Shown here: positions 27,303 through 37,988 of the stretch, piece after piece
Layout of the letters: every line of letters starts with the position of its first letter
Numbering within the stretch: the first letter of the stretch is position 1
Assembly: GCA_963666565.1 (NCBI GenBank)
Contig: OY762911.1
Coordinates: 3,232,001-3,296,000, forward strand
DNA length: 64,000 nt
Origin: Thermoanaerobaculia bacterium
Lineage (GTDB): Bacteria; Acidobacteriota; Thermoanaerobaculia; Multivoradales; Multivoraceae
Direction of reading: 5' to 3'
Position numbers and translations under genes: made by a program
Notes under the pieces: generated by a model
What the model was told of the DNA's origin: nothing
The model's input: the letters and a program-made list of their open reading frames with translations, nothing else
Databases searched by the model: none

Positions 27303-27945
27303 CCCCCGGGTCCACGTTCCCCGCGTCCGCGTCCGTCGAGTCCGCGGGGCCCAGCGCGAGTGCCGGCTGCGGGGCCGCCTCGCCTTCGGCGGCGGCCAGG
27401 AAGGTCTCCTCGAACTCCTCCAGCGGCGGCAGTTCCGACAGCGACCGGAGTCCGAAGTGAAGCAGAAAGTCGCGGGTCGTGGCGTACAGGAACGGGCTGC
27501 CGACGACTTCCTTCCGGCCGGCGATCCGGATCAGCCGCCGTTCGAGCAGGGTCTTCAACACGCCGCCGGAGTGCCGGCCCCGGAGATCGTGGATCTCGGG
27601 GCTCGTCACCGGCTGCCGGTACGCGACGATGGCGAGGGTCTCCAGCGCCGCCATCGACAGCTTGCTGCGGCCGGCCACCTCGAAGTACTTCCGCAGGTAG
27701 GCGTGGAGGTCGGGGCGGGTGACCAGGCGGTAGGCGTCGCCGACCCGGTCGAGAACGACGCCGCGGTCCGGCTCGGTCCCGGACCCGTCGGCGCCGTAGC
27801 GGGCGAGGACGGTGCGAAGGGCTTCGCGGGCCTCGTCCCGGTACTCTTCGCCGAAGACGCCGAGCAGCTTCGCCTCGGGTTGCGGATCCGGGCTGGCGAA
27901 GAGCAGCGCCTCGAACACGGCGGCCATCTCGGACCGGTCGGTCAT
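27295..27945 (-). CDS. scpB: SMC-Scp complex subunit ScpB
   Basis: EALLFAS, LSMAALETLAIVAYRQPVT, YATTRDFLLHFGL. Confidence 0.96.
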   Translation of the reverse strand: MTDRSEMAAVFEALLFASPDPQPEAKLLGVFGEEYRDEAREALRTVLARYGADGSGTEPDRGVVLDRVGDAYRLVTRPDLHAYLRKYFEVAGRSKLSMAALETLAIVAYRQPVTSPEIHDLRGRHSGGVLKTLLERRLIRIAGRKEVVGSPFLYATTRDFLLHFGLRSLSELPPLEEFEETFLAAAEGEAAPQPALALGPADSTDADAGNVDPGDD

Positions 27946-28733
27946 TCCGCGAACTCCTCGAGCAGGATCGGATCCAGGGGGCGGGTGGTGCGGAAGAGCA
28001 GCACCGAGCCGGCTCCGGCGGCATGAAGCCGGACCAGGTTCAGGCGCGCCATCTCCAGCACCGCCAGGAAGCAGGCGATCGCCTCGGCCCGGCTCGACAG
28101 GGCGAACAGGTCGTCCTGGAGATCGAGCGACCGGCCGCCCTCGAAGCGGCGCAGCAGCCGCTCGATCTGGCCGCGGACGCTGAAGTTCTCGCCGCGGTAG
28201 ATCAGCGGGCTCGGGTTCTCTTCGTCGTAGCGCTTCATCACGTTGCGCAGGACCTGCAGGAGGTCGAAGAGGGACAGGTCCCCCATGTCGAACTCCTCGC
28301 CGTCTCCGGGCGCGGCCGCCGGCGTGGCGCTCCGGGACCAGAGGCCGTGGCGGAGGTCGTGGACCTCGGCCAGGGTCTGCGCCGCCTCCTTCAGCCGCTG
28401 GTACTCGAGCAGCCGCTCGATCAGCTCGCGCCGGGGATCCTCGGGCTCTTCGCCCGGCGCCGGTTCGGGCCGCGGCAGCAGCACCCTGGCCTTGAGCTGG
28501 ATCAACAGCGCCGCCTCGTAGATGTACTCCGCGGCGATGTCCAGGTCGAGTTCGTCCATCAGCGCCAGGTACTCGTGGAACTGGTCGCAGACCAGCGCGA
28601 CCGGGATGTCCACGATCTCGATCTCGTTGACGCGGACGAGCTGGAGGAGCAGGTCGAGCGGACCCTCGAAGGCCGGGAGCCGGACCTGCCACGACTCCGG
28701 CAACAGGCTGCCGCGACCGTCCACGAGCCTCAT
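27942..28733 (-). CDS. scpA: segregation/condensation protein A
   Basis: FEGPLDLLLQLV, EDPRRELIERLLEY, FLAVLEM. Confidence 0.96.
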   Translation of the reverse strand: MRLVDGRGSLLPESWQVRLPAFEGPLDLLLQLVRVNEIEIVDIPVALVCDQFHEYLALMDELDLDIAAEYIYEAALLIQLKARVLLPRPEPAPGEEPEDPRRELIERLLEYQRLKEAAQTLAEVHDLRHGLWSRSATPAAAPGDGEEFDMGDLSLFDLLQVLRNVMKRYDEENPSPLIYRGENFSVRGQIERLLRRFEGGRSLDLQDDLFALSSRAEAIACFLAVLEMARLNLVRLHAAGAGSVLLFRTTRPLDPILLEEFAE

Positions 28734-29935
28734 CCGGGCCGATTCTCCCACATTGCCGGCAAGGGAACGCCGGCGTCGCCGACGGCCTCGAGCCAGGACC
28801 GGGCGGCGTGACGCGGGCGGTACCGCCGGTCGAGGCGGCGCCGCCCCGCCTCGCCGCGGGACCGCGCGTCGCCGGGATCGGCGGCCGCCTCGATCAGAGC
28901 CCCGGCGAGGGCGGCCGAGCGCTCCGGCGGCACGAGCCAGCCGGTTTCGCCGTCGACCACGACTTCCGGGATGCCGCTGACCGCGGAGGCGATCACTGGG
29001 ACGCCGGCGTCCATGGCCTCCAGCACGACGAGGGGCATGCCCTCGTAGGTCGAGGGGACCACCAGCGCGGCCGCCCGCCGCAGCAGGCTCGCCACCTCCG
29101 ACCGGGAGCACCGCCCCTTCCACCGGACGCTGGACGCCAGCCCGAGCCGCTCGCACAGTGCGCCGAGCGCCTCGCGCCGCTCGCCGTCGCCCGCCACGAC
29201 CAGCCGCGGGAGGCGGCCGCGGTCGCGGGCCTCGGCCATCGCGTGCAGGAGGATCTCCATCCCCTTGCGGATGCGCAGCCGGCCCACCCCCAGCAGGAAC
29301 GGTTCGTCGGCGGCGGGGGCTTCCGGGCCTTCGGCGCTCGCCGTCCGCGCCTCCCCGGCGCCGCCTTCGAGCGGAGCGCCGGTGACGTTCGGCACCACCC
29401 GCACGCCCTCCACGCCGTAGTCGCGCTCGATCTCCCGCGCCGTGGCCAGGCTCGGGGCCAGCCGCAGGTCGCACCGCCGTGCGGTCAGCCGCCCGAGCGC
29501 GATGTGGACCGGCGTGCGGAACGCGCGGAACACGCGTTCGCTGCCGACCGGCCGGGCCACCGCCCCGCCGTTCCGGTCGCCGTCGACCAGCGGACGGACG
29601 GCCCGGCGCTCCCGGACGTAGCTCACCTGCTGCAGGGCGGCCAGGAGGGGCCTGGACGAACGATCGGTCCGTGCCAGATCGCGCACCACGAGGCCGCCGT
29701 CGCTCTCGTGTACCTGCACCACGTCGGGCCGCCACTCGCGAACCGCGCGCCGGACGGCCGCACGGGCCCGCCACGGGAAGGCGGCCTTGGAGACCCCCGG
29801 CCCGCAGCGGTCGCGGCCCAGGACCTCGACCTCGCAGCCGGCCTGCCGGAGGCCCCAGGCGAGCTGCAGCACCTGCTCGCCGGCGCCGGAGAGGTCCCGC
29901 GGCGGCAGAACGTTGGCCACCAGGAGCACCCTCAC
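28730..29935 (-). CDS. GT4 family glycosyltransferase
   Basis: MRVLLVAN..SGAGE, VGRL..RKG, EGMPLVVLEAM, GETGWLV; GTG overlaps the recG stop. Confidence 0.92.
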   Translation of the reverse strand: MRVLLVANVLPPRDLSGAGEQVLQLAWGLRQAGCEVEVLGRDRCGPGVSKAAFPWRARAAVRRAVREWRPDVVQVHESDGGLVVRDLARTDRSSRPLLAALQQVSYVRERRAVRPLVDGDRNGGAVARPVGSERVFRAFRTPVHIALGRLTARRCDLRLAPSLATAREIERDYGVEGVRVVPNVTGAPLEGGAGEARTASAEGPEAPAADEPFLLGVGRLRIRKGMEILLHAMAEARDRGRLPRLVVAGDGERREALGALCERLGLASSVRWKGRCSRSEVASLLRRAAALVVPSTYEGMPLVVLEAMDAGVPVIASAVSGIPEVVVDGETGWLVPPERSAALAGALIEAAADPGDARSRGEAGRRRLDRRYRPRHAARSWLEAVGDAGVPLPAMWENRPG

Positions 29936-32074
29936 GAGGTATCGCTTCCTTCCTCCGGGGCCGCGAGGCCGGGGATGCGCCGGCCCAACTGCCGCCGCAG
30001 GGCCCGGTTCTCCGGCGCCGCCAGCCGGTCGAGCAGGTCCGCCGCGTCCTGGCGGGCCGCGACCAGCCACTTCCAGTCGCGAGCCACGTCGCCGAACCGG
30101 AACCGGGGCACGCCGGCTTGGCGGGTGCCGAGGATCTCGCCCGGTCCCCGCTGCTTCAGGTCTTCCTCCGCGATCCGGAAGCCGTCCGTCGTGGCCGCGA
30201 ACGCCTCCAGGCGCCTCCGCGCTTCCGGCGACGGCTTGCCCGCGAGCGCGATGCAGAGCGGGTCCCCCAGCGCCGGATCCGTGCCGCGGCCGATCCGCCC
30301 CCGAAGCTGGTGCAACTGCGCCAGGCCGAAGCGCTCCGCGCCCAGGATCACCATCGCGGTCGCCTCGGGGACGTCGACGCCGACTTCGATCACGGTGGTC
30401 GCGAGCAGCGCCTGGATCGAGCCGGAGGCGAAGCGGCTCATGGTCTCGTCCCGTTCCCGGCGGTTCAGGCGGCCGTGCACGACGCCGCAGGGCGTGCCGA
30501 GCGCCCGCTCCCACTCCCGGCCGGCCTCCTCCAGCGACGGCAGGCCGGCGGCCGTGCCCTCGCCGCCGTCGATCAGGGGGAAGACGACGTAGGCGCGGCC
30601 GCCGCTCGCCAGCCGGCGCCGCACCTCCTCCACCGCCTCCTCCATCCGGCCGTCCGCCAGCACGCGGGTCTCGACCGGGCTGCGGCCGGGCGGCATCTCG
30701 TCCACGATCGACACGTCGAGATCACCGTACACCGTGAGCGCCAGCGACCTGGGAATCGGGGTCGCCGTCATGACCAGAAGGTCCGGCCGCAGGCCCTTCT
30801 CCGCCAGCGACTGGCGCTGGACGACGCCGAAGCGATGCTGCTCGTCGATCACGGCGAGGCCGAGCCGCGCGAACCGGGTGCGTTCCTCGATCAGCGCGTG
30901 GGTGCCTATCGTCAGGTCGATCCCGCCGTCCGCGATCCGCTCCGCGACCGCGCCGCCGTCGCTGGCCGCGCGCTGGCTCGAGGTGACGAGCGCGAGGGCG
31001 AGCCGGGAACCGAGCAGGCGCTCCAGCGAGGCGAAGTGCTGCTCGGCGAGGAGTTCCGTCGGCGCCATCAGCGCCGACTGGAGTCCGCTCCGGGCGGCGA
31101 TCAGGCAGGAGAGGGCCGCCAGGACCGTCTTGCCGCAGCCGACGTCGCCCTGGACGAGGCGCAGCATGGGCTCCGGCGCGGCCAGGTCGCCGGCTATCTC
31201 GCCGAGGACCCGTTCCTGCGCTCCGGTCAGGCGAAAGGGCAGGAGCTCCGCGGCCTCGCTCCACTCGTCGCCGCCGGCGCGGTAGCGGTGGGGCTTGCCC
31301 GACCGGCGGCGTCGGCGGCGGGCCGCGGCGAGCCGCAACTGCTGGAGCAGGAACTCCCCGTAGGCAAGGCGGGCATGGGCCGGGCTCCGCCTCGCGTTCA
31401 GGTTCTCGATCGACGCCTCGGCCGACGGCAGATGAACCTCGGTCAGGGCCTCCGCGAGGCGCGGAAGTCCGTGCCGCGCCCGTTCCTCGCGCGGGAGCCA
31501 CTCCTCGATCCAGTCCGGCCCCGAGGCGTCCCGCAGACTCCGGACGGCGTCGGCGGCGAGATGGGAGACACGGGACGGCGGCACCTCGCCGATGCGGCCG
31601 TAGACCGGCCGCACGCCGCCGCCGGCGACGGGGCCGTCGCCGTCGAACCGCTCGACGGACGGATTGGAGAGTTGCCAGGGGCCGTCTCCGCCGCGCCGCC
31701 GGAGCGAGCCGTGCAGCAGGTAGGGCACGCCCTCTTCGAGCTGGTTCGCCAGGTAGGGCCGGTTGAACCAGACGACCTCGACGCGGGCCTCGCCGTCGCG
31801 GGCGACCGCCTCCACGCGGGAGAAGCGCCGCCGCCCGAACAGCCGCTTCAGGTTCTCGAGCCGCGCGACCACGGTGAGGGCCCCGGGCGTCGCGGAGTCC
31901 GCCGTCCGCGCGGTCCTCGGCGCCGGGCAGCCGCCCCAGGGTGCGGCGGTCCTCGTAGCGCAGCGGCAGGTGCGCCAGCAGGTCCAGGATCCGCCGGCAG
32001 CCAGCCTCGGCCAGCCGCCGTCCGAGCACGGGACCCACGCCGCGCGCGCGGGTTATCGGATCGCGCGGGTCCAT
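29932..32074 (-). CDS. recG: ATP-dependent DNA helicase RecG, split by a frameshift near 31902
   Basis: N-terminus (GVGP..DLLAHLPLRYEDR) in one frame; GDVGCGKT, DEQHRFG, MTATPIPRSL, QLHQLRGRIGRG in another. Confidence 0.93.
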
Positions 32075-32083
32075 GGGTCGGCT

Positions 32084-33025
32084 CTACTCCCCCACTTGAA
32101 GAGTCGCCGTGCCTGGGTCGAGGCGGGCCCTGGCGCCGAGGGGAAGCGTGTGGTTCGGCGCCTCGTGGCCGGCCGGCAGCCCGGCGAACAGCGGCGCTCC
32201 CAGGGCATCGGCGAAGTCGGTCAGGCTGGCGCGGGCGTCGCAGTTCGTGAAGTGGCCGGCGACCACGGCGCGGACGCCGGCCGCCTGGCCGGACGCGCGA
32301 AGCTGGGTGAGCAGGCGGTCGATCCGGTACTCCGGCTCGTCGATGTCCTCCAGCATGAGAATCGAGTCCCGGAAGCTCGGCAGCAGCCCCGTCCCGACCG
32401 TCGCCGCCAGCATGGTCAGGCAGCCGCCGAGCAACGGACCCTCGATCGGCGCCGGTCGGCCGGCCGACACGCCCGAAACGGCCTCCAGCGCCCAGGGCGG
32501 CGGCCGCCGCCCCGCCAGCGCGTCCAGGAAGGAGTTCCGCTCCCCGGCCGACAGGCCCCGCGCGAAGTCCACGGCCATCGGACCGTGGAAGGCGACCGTG
32601 CCCGTCCTGGCGACGAGTGCCAGCAGCAGTGGCGTCAGGTCCGAGTAGCCGACGTACGGACGCGGCCTGGCGGCCAGCAGATCCCAGTCCATCTGCCCGA
32701 GAACCCGCGGGACGCCGTATCCCCCGCGTGCGAACACGATGGCGGCGATCGAGTCGTCGTCGGCCAGTTCATGGAAGGCGTCGAGCCGCTCGGCGTCCGC
32801 TCCCGCGAACAGCGGCCGGCCGCCGAGGTGCGCGCCGGGCCTGAGGTTGGAGCCGAGGACGGTCCGGAAGCCGAGTTCCTCCAGCGCGGCGACGCCGGCC
32901 GCCAGCCGGTCCGGGTCGATGCGGCCGGAGAGCGCGGCGATCCCCACCCGATCGCCGGGCTTCGCCGCGGGCGGACGTTCGGCGGCGACGGGGGAGAGCC
33001 CGCCAGGGCCAGATTGCAAGGTCAA
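32084..33025 (-). CDS. LD-carboxypeptidase (peptidase S66)
   Basis: ARGGYG, GYSDLT, HGPM, GGCL, LEDIDE, AGH..PN..LPLG. Confidence 0.93.
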   Translation of the reverse strand: MTLQSGPGGLSPVAAERPPAAKPGDRVGIAALSGRIDPDRLAAGVAALEELGFRTVLGSNLRPGAHLGGRPLFAGADAERLDAFHELADDDSIAAIVFARGGYGVPRVLGQMDWDLLAARPRPYVGYSDLTPLLLALVARTGTVAFHGPMAVDFARGLSAGERNSFLDALAGRRPPPWALEAVSGVSAGRPAPIEGPLLGGCLTMLAATVGTGLLPSFRDSILMLEDIDEPEYRIDRLLTQLRASGQAAGVRAVVAGHFTNCDARASLTDFADALGAPLFAGLPAGHEAPNHTLPLGARARLDPGTATLQVGE

Positions 33026-33027
33026 GT

Positions 33028-33417
33028 GCCGGAGGACCTCGTAAGCCGGATTCTGTTCGTCCCGCTGCCCTGGGGCTTCGGGAGGCGGCCATTCATCTTT
33101 GCGACCTACCCGGAGTGCGCTCCGCGCCGCGAACGGCGCTTGTGCCGGGACGGACAGCCCGATCCGCTCTCCCTATTTGGTCTTGCTCCACATGGGGTTT
33201 GCCATCGCCTCGGACCGTCGCCGGCCGAGCGGTGCGCTCTTACCGCACCGTTTCACCCTTGCCCGCCCCGGCGCACCGGGACCGGCGGTCTGCTCTCTGC
33301 TGCACTTTCCGTCGCGTCGCCGCGCCTTGCCGTTAGCAAGCATGCCGTCCGTTGGAGTCCGGACTTTCCTCCCCCGGCGGATGGGCCACCGGGAGCGACC
33401 GCGTCCGGTCCTCCGGC
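33028..33417 (-). ncRNA. rnpB: RNase P RNA, class A
   Basis: GAGGAAAGTCCGGACTC and ACAGAATCCGGCTTA conserved motifs; terminal P1 stem GCCGGAGGACC/GGTCCTCCGGC. Confidence 0.96.
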
Positions 33418-33453
33418 GCGGCGAAGCGTAGCAGGCGGAGCGACAGTGTTGCC

Positions 33454-33635
33454 GTCTCGGCTGGACGGACCGAAGGGAAGGGCGCCCGGCGGCCGCTCGC
33501 GCTCTCCAGGTGAAGGGGATTACGGCGCTCGCTTCGGTCGGCTGCGTTCCGCCGCGGCGTCGGACCAGGCGACGTCACGGGGAGTCACTTGCCTCCAGCC
33601 CGCCGGGCGCCCTTCCCTTCGGTCCTTGCCGAGAC
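33454..33635. repeat. long inverted repeat element upstream of rnpB
   Basis: Perfect 26-bp arms at 33467-33492 and 33600-33625, plus outer GTCTCGGC/GCCGAGAC. Confidence 0.8.
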
Positions 33636-33660
33636 TGGACGTCGCGCACCCGGCGGGAGG

Positions 33661-35454
33661 CTACTCGGCTCTTGTCGCCTCGTAGACGGAGTGCCCGAGT
33701 TTCGGTCCGAGGACGTCGCTGAGTTGCCGCTCCGAAGCCTGGGCGACGCCGGCGTAGCTGCCGAAGCGACGCACCAGCAGCTTGCGGCGTTGCGGTCCGA
33801 TACCGGGAAGGTCGTCGAAGCGGCTGTGGAGGGTTCGCTTCGCCCGCCGCCGGCGGTGGCGGGAGACGGCGAAGCGGTGCGCTTCGTCCCGCACCTGCTG
33901 GAGCACGCGGAGGCCGGCGTGGCGCCGCTTCAGCTTCAGCGGCGCGGGCCGGGCCGGCAGGTAGAGCTCCTCCTCCCGCTTGGCGAGGCCGACCACCGGC
34001 GTTTCGTCGACGCCGAGCTCCATCAGCGCCTCCAGCGCCGCGTTCAACTGGCCGCGGCCGCCGTCGATCAGGATCAGGTCGGGCATCTCCCCGACCTCGT
34101 CCAGCACGCGCCGGTAGCGGCGGCTCACGGCCCGGTGGATGGAGGCGAAGTCGTCGGCCTCGGAGAGGCCGCGGATGTTGAAGCTGCGGTACTGGCCCTT
34201 GACCATCCGGCCGTCGCTCCAAACGACCAGCGAGGCGACGGTCTGGCTGCCGCCGAAGGTCGAGATGTCGAAGCCCTCGATCCGGCGCGGCGGATCGGCG
34301 AGGTCGAGCGCCTCCCGCAGCGCGTCGCCGGCCTCCCCGGCGGCCCCGGCGCCGCGGAAGCGGCGACGGAACGCCATCGCCGCGTTGCGGTTGGCGAGTT
34401 CGATGCGCCGGGCCTTCGGCCCGCGCGAGGGCATGCGGAGGTAGACCTTCGACTCCCGGCGGCCGCTCAGCCACTCGATCAGCGCCTCCTCGCCCTCGAT
34501 CGGCGCCGGCAGGTGAATCTCCTTGGGAATCAGCGTCGTCCGGTCGTAGAGCTGAGGCAGCAACTCGGACAGCAGGCGTTCGGCTGTGATCTTCGCCACG
34601 CCCTCCCAGAACAGCTCGCGCCGGTCCAGGACCTGGCCGCCGCGCATGACGAGGACGGCGACCGCCGCGTTGTCGCCGCTGACGTGCACGCCGAAGATGT
34701 CGACGTCCTCGCCGCGGGCGGAGCGGAGCTTGCGGCGCTGACTGACCTCGTCGATCTCGCGGATCGTGTCCCGCAGCCGGGCCGCCGCCTCGAACTCGAG
34801 CTCGTCCGCGCACTCCCGCATCCGGCCGCGCAGTCCCTTCACCAGTTCGTCGTTCCGGCCGGCCAGGAACAGGCGGGCCTTCTCGACCGCGCCGGCGTAC
34901 TCCTCGTCCGTGGTCAGTCCGTCCACGCAGGGACCGAGGCAGCGCTTCATGTCGTGGTAGAGGCAGGGGCGCGGCAGGCTGCCGTCGATGTCGATCCGGC
35001 AGACCCGGATGCCGAACAGCTTCTGGGTCAGCTTGATCGCCTTGCGCGCCAGCCCGGCCGGCAGGTACGGGCCGTAGTACTCCGCCCCGTCGCGGCCGAT
35101 GCGGCGGGTGAAGGCCAGCCGCGGATGCCCGTCGGCCAGGGTCAGCTTGAGGTACGGGTAGGTCTTGTCGTCCCGGAGGCGGATGTTGAAGCGGGGCTGG
35201 CGCCGCTTGATCCAGTTGTTCTCGAACAGCAGGGCCTGGGCCTCGGAGTCGGTGACGACGAACTCGACGTCGGCGGCGTCGTGGAGCATCAGCGCGATGC
35301 GCGGGTCGCCGGCCGGCTTGCGGTAGGCCGCGGCGCGGCGCTTGAGCGACTTCGCCTTGCCGACGTACAACGCCTCCCCCGCCTCCGACTTGAAGATGTA
35401 GATCCCCGGCTGGTCCGGCAGTTCCTCCAGCTTGAGCGAGAGGTCCGCGCGCAT
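33661..35454 (-). CDS. uvrC: excinuclease ABC subunit C
   Basis: PGIY..YVGKAK (GIY-YIG), RDDKTYPY, IEGFDIS, DGGRGQL, RDEAHRFA, HhH. Confidence 0.98.
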   Translation of the reverse strand: MRADLSLKLEELPDQPGIYIFKSEAGEALYVGKAKSLKRRAAAYRKPAGDPRIALMLHDAADVEFVVTDSEAQALLFENNWIKRRQPRFNIRLRDDKTYPYLKLTLADGHPRLAFTRRIGRDGAEYYGPYLPAGLARKAIKLTQKLFGIRVCRIDIDGSLPRPCLYHDMKRCLGPCVDGLTTDEEYAGAVEKARLFLAGRNDELVKGLRGRMRECADELEFEAAARLRDTIREIDEVSQRRKLRSARGEDVDIFGVHVSGDNAAVAVLVMRGGQVLDRRELFWEGVAKITAERLLSELLPQLYDRTTLIPKEIHLPAPIEGEEALIEWLSGRRESKVYLRMPSRGPKARRIELANRNAAMAFRRRFRGAGAAGEAGDALREALDLADPPRRIEGFDISTFGGSQTVASLVVWSDGRMVKGQYRSFNIRGLSEADDFASIHRAVSRRYRRVLDEVGEMPDLILIDGGRGQLNAALEALMELGVDETPVVGLAKREEELYLPARPAPLKLKRRHAGLRVLQQVRDEAHRFAVSRHRRRRAKRTLHSRFDDLPGIGPQRRKLLVRRFGSYAGVAQASERQLSDVLGPKLGHSVYEATRAE

Positions 35455-37493
35455 CAGCCCATCACCTTGAGTTCGCGGAGCTCCTTCAGCCGGTCCCGGA
35501 ACACCGCCGCCTGCTCGAACTCCAGCCGCCTCGACGCCTGCTTCATCGCCTTCTCCAGCCGCGCGATGCGCCGCTCCAGCGGCATCTCGGGAGCGTCCTC
35601 GCGCAGCAGATCCTCCGCTGCGGCCTCCGCCTCGGCGCCGGCCTTGTGCAGGTAGTCCAGGTTGCTCATCTGGACCAGCGGGCTGTGAACCTCCTTCAGG
35701 ATGGAGGCCGGCTCGATTCCGTTCCGCTCGTTGTAGCTCTCCTGGACCCGGCGCCGGCGCTCCGTCTCCACCACCGACCGGTCGATGGACTCGGTCCGCC
35801 GGTCGGCATAGAAGATCGCCCTGCCGTTCAAGTTGCGGGCCGCCCGGCCGGCGGTCTGGATCAGCGACACCTCGCTGCGCAGGAAGCCCTCCTTGTCCGC
35901 GTCCAGGATGGCGACGACGGAGACCTCGGGCAGGTCGAGGCCCTCGCGCAGCAGGTTGATCCCGACCAGGATGTCGAAGTCGCCCCGGCGCAGGGCGGTC
36001 GTGATCTCGACCCGCTCCAGGGTGTCGATGTCGCTGTGCAGGTAGCGCACCCGCAGGTCGAGTTCGGTCAGGTACTGGGTGAGCTCCTCCGCCATCCGCT
36101 TGGTCAGCGTGGTCACCAGGACCCGCTCGCCGCGGCCGATCGCGTCGCGGGCCTCGGCCACCAGGTCGTCGATCTGGTTCGCCGAGGGCCGCAACTCGAT
36201 CTTCGGGTCGAGCAGGCCGGTCGGCCGGATGATCTGCTCCACCACCACGCCGCCCGTCCGTTCCAGCTCGAACGGCCCGGGGGTCGCCGACACGTAGATG
36301 CGCTGGCCGCAGCGTTCCTCGAACTCGTCGAAGCGAAGCGGCCGGTTGTCGAGCGCGCTCGGGAGACGGAAGCCGAACTCGACGAGCGTCTCCTTGCGGG
36401 CCCGGTCGCCTCGGTACATGCCGCCGACCTGCGGGATCGTCTGGTGGCTCTCGTCGACGACGAGCAGGAAGTCCTCGGGCAGGTAGTCGAGGAAGGTCGG
36501 CGGCGCTTCGCCCGGCGCCCGGCCGGAGAGGTGGCGGGAGTAGTTCTCGATGCCGGCGCAGGCGCCGAGCTCGCGCAGCATTTCCAGGTCGTAGCGGGTA
36601 CGCTGCTCCAGCCGCTGCATCTCGAGCAGGCGGTTTTCCCGCTCCAGAACGGCGAGGTGCTCGCCGAGCTCGTCGCGGATCGACGCGATCGCCCGCCGCA
36701 TCCGTTCCTCCGGCGTCACGTAGTGGTTGCGCGGGAAGACCGGGATCCGGTCGACCTCTTCGAGGACCCGGCCGCTGACGACGTCGAACCGGCTGACGCG
36801 GTCGACCTCGTCGCCGAAGTACTCGACCCGGATGCCCCGGTCGTCGTAGGCCGGCAGGATCTCGAGCACGTCGCCGCGCACCCGGAAGCTGCCGTGGAAG
36901 AGGTCGAGCCGGGTGCGCTCGTACTGCATCTCGGCCAGACTGCGCTGGGCCCGCTCCAGCGGCAGTTCCGCGCCGCGCTCGAAGAACTGGAGCATCGAGA
37001 AGAACACGTCCGGCGCGCCCAGGCCGTAGATGCAGGAGACGGACGCCACGACCAGCACGTCGCGGCGCTCGAACAGGGAGACCGTGGCCCGCAGCCGCAG
37101 CCGGTCGATCTCGTCGTTGATGCTCGTCTCCTTCTCGATGTAGGTGTCGGACTGCGGGACGTAGGCCTCGGGCTGGTAGTAGTCGTAGTAGGAGACGAAG
37201 TACTCCACCGCGTTGTGCGGAAAGAAGCTCCTGAACTCCTGGTAGAGCTGGGCCGCCAGGGTCTTGTTGTGGGAGAGGACGAGCGTCGGCCGGTTGACCG
37301 CCTCGATCACCTTGGCCACGGTGTAGGTCTTGCCCGAGCCGGTGACCCCGAGCAGCACCTGCTCCGGAAGGCCCGTCCGCACGCCGTCGGCGAGTTCGGC
37401 GATCGCCGCCGGCTGGTCGCCCTGCGGGCGGAAGGGCGAGACCAGCTCGAACCGGCCTCCCCGTCCGGCCCCGGCTGCTCGCGCCGAGGGCAA
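35454..37493 (-). CDS. uvrB: excinuclease ABC subunit B
   Basis: [44 protein letters not shown]. Confidence 0.98.
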   Translation of the reverse strand: MPSARAAGAGRGGRFELVSPFRPQGDQPAAIAELADGVRTGLPEQVLLGVTGSGKTYTVAKVIEAVNRPTLVLSHNKTLAAQLYQEFRSFFPHNAVEYFVSYYDYYQPEAYVPQSDTYIEKETSINDEIDRLRLRATVSLFERRDVLVVASVSCIYGLGAPDVFFSMLQFFERGAELPLERAQRSLAEMQYERTRLDLFHGSFRVRGDVLEILPAYDDRGIRVEYFGDEVDRVSRFDVVSGRVLEEVDRIPVFPRNHYVTPEERMRRAIASIRDELGEHLAVLERENRLLEMQRLEQRTRYDLEMLRELGACAGIENYSRHLSGRAPGEAPPTFLDYLPEDFLLVVDESHQTIPQVGGMYRGDRARKETLVEFGFRLPSALDNRPLRFDEFEERCGQRIYVSATPGPFELERTGGVVVEQIIRPTGLLDPKIELRPSANQIDDLVAEARDAIGRGERVLVTTLTKRMAEELTQYLTELDLRVRYLHSDIDTLERVEITTALRRGDFDILVGINLLREGLDLPEVSVVAILDADKEGFLRSEVSLIQTAGRAARNLNGRAIFYADRRTESIDRSVVETERRRRVQESYNERNGIEPASILKEVHSPLVQMSNLDYLHKAGAEAEAAAEDLLREDAPEMPLERRIARLEKAMKQASRRLEFEQAAVFRDRLKELRELKVMG

Positions 37494-37494
37494 G

Positions 37495-37962
37495 TCAGCC
37501 CTCCGGATCGGCCGCCGCGACCCGTTCGAGGCGCTCGGTCAGGCGCTGCAGGTCCTCCCGGTCGAAGAGCCCGCGTTCGATCCGCCCGAGGGCGTCGGTG
37601 AGCGCCAATTGGAGCCGGCGGTTGTCGGCCGGCGTGGCGGCACGACTTCGATAGAGCTCGAGGACGGAATCGAACGCCTGCTCCAGGCGTTCCCTCTCCG
37701 CGTGCGACGCGTCCTCCGGCAGCTCGGCCACGATCCGCTCCCGGCCGAAGTCCAGGGCGAACTCCAGCAGCTCGTCGGCCTGGGAGATCAGGACGGCGAG
37801 GCCGACGACGACCAGGACCAGGATCAGGCCGCAGCCCGCAAGCCCGGCGACCAGGCAGCCCCGGCGCGTCCGCTTCGGATCGGAGGGCTTCGCCGTCGAC
37901 GGCTCGGGGAAGGGTTCCGGCAGCGGCGGCAGGCCGGTCGCCGGGTCGGCTTCGGGAGTCAT
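37495..37962 (-). CDS. hypothetical single-pass membrane protein
   Basis: [24 protein letters not shown] segment followed by a helical domain. Confidence 0.75.
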   Translation of the reverse strand: MTPEADPATGLPPLPEPFPEPSTAKPSDPKRTRRGCLVAGLAGCGLILVLVVVGLAVLISQADELLEFALDFGRERIVAELPEDASHAERERLEQAFDSVLELYRSRAATPADNRRLQLALTDALGRIERGLFDREDLQRLTERLERVAAADPEG

Positions 37963-37988
37963 GGAACGGGCCGTATGATATTCGGGCG

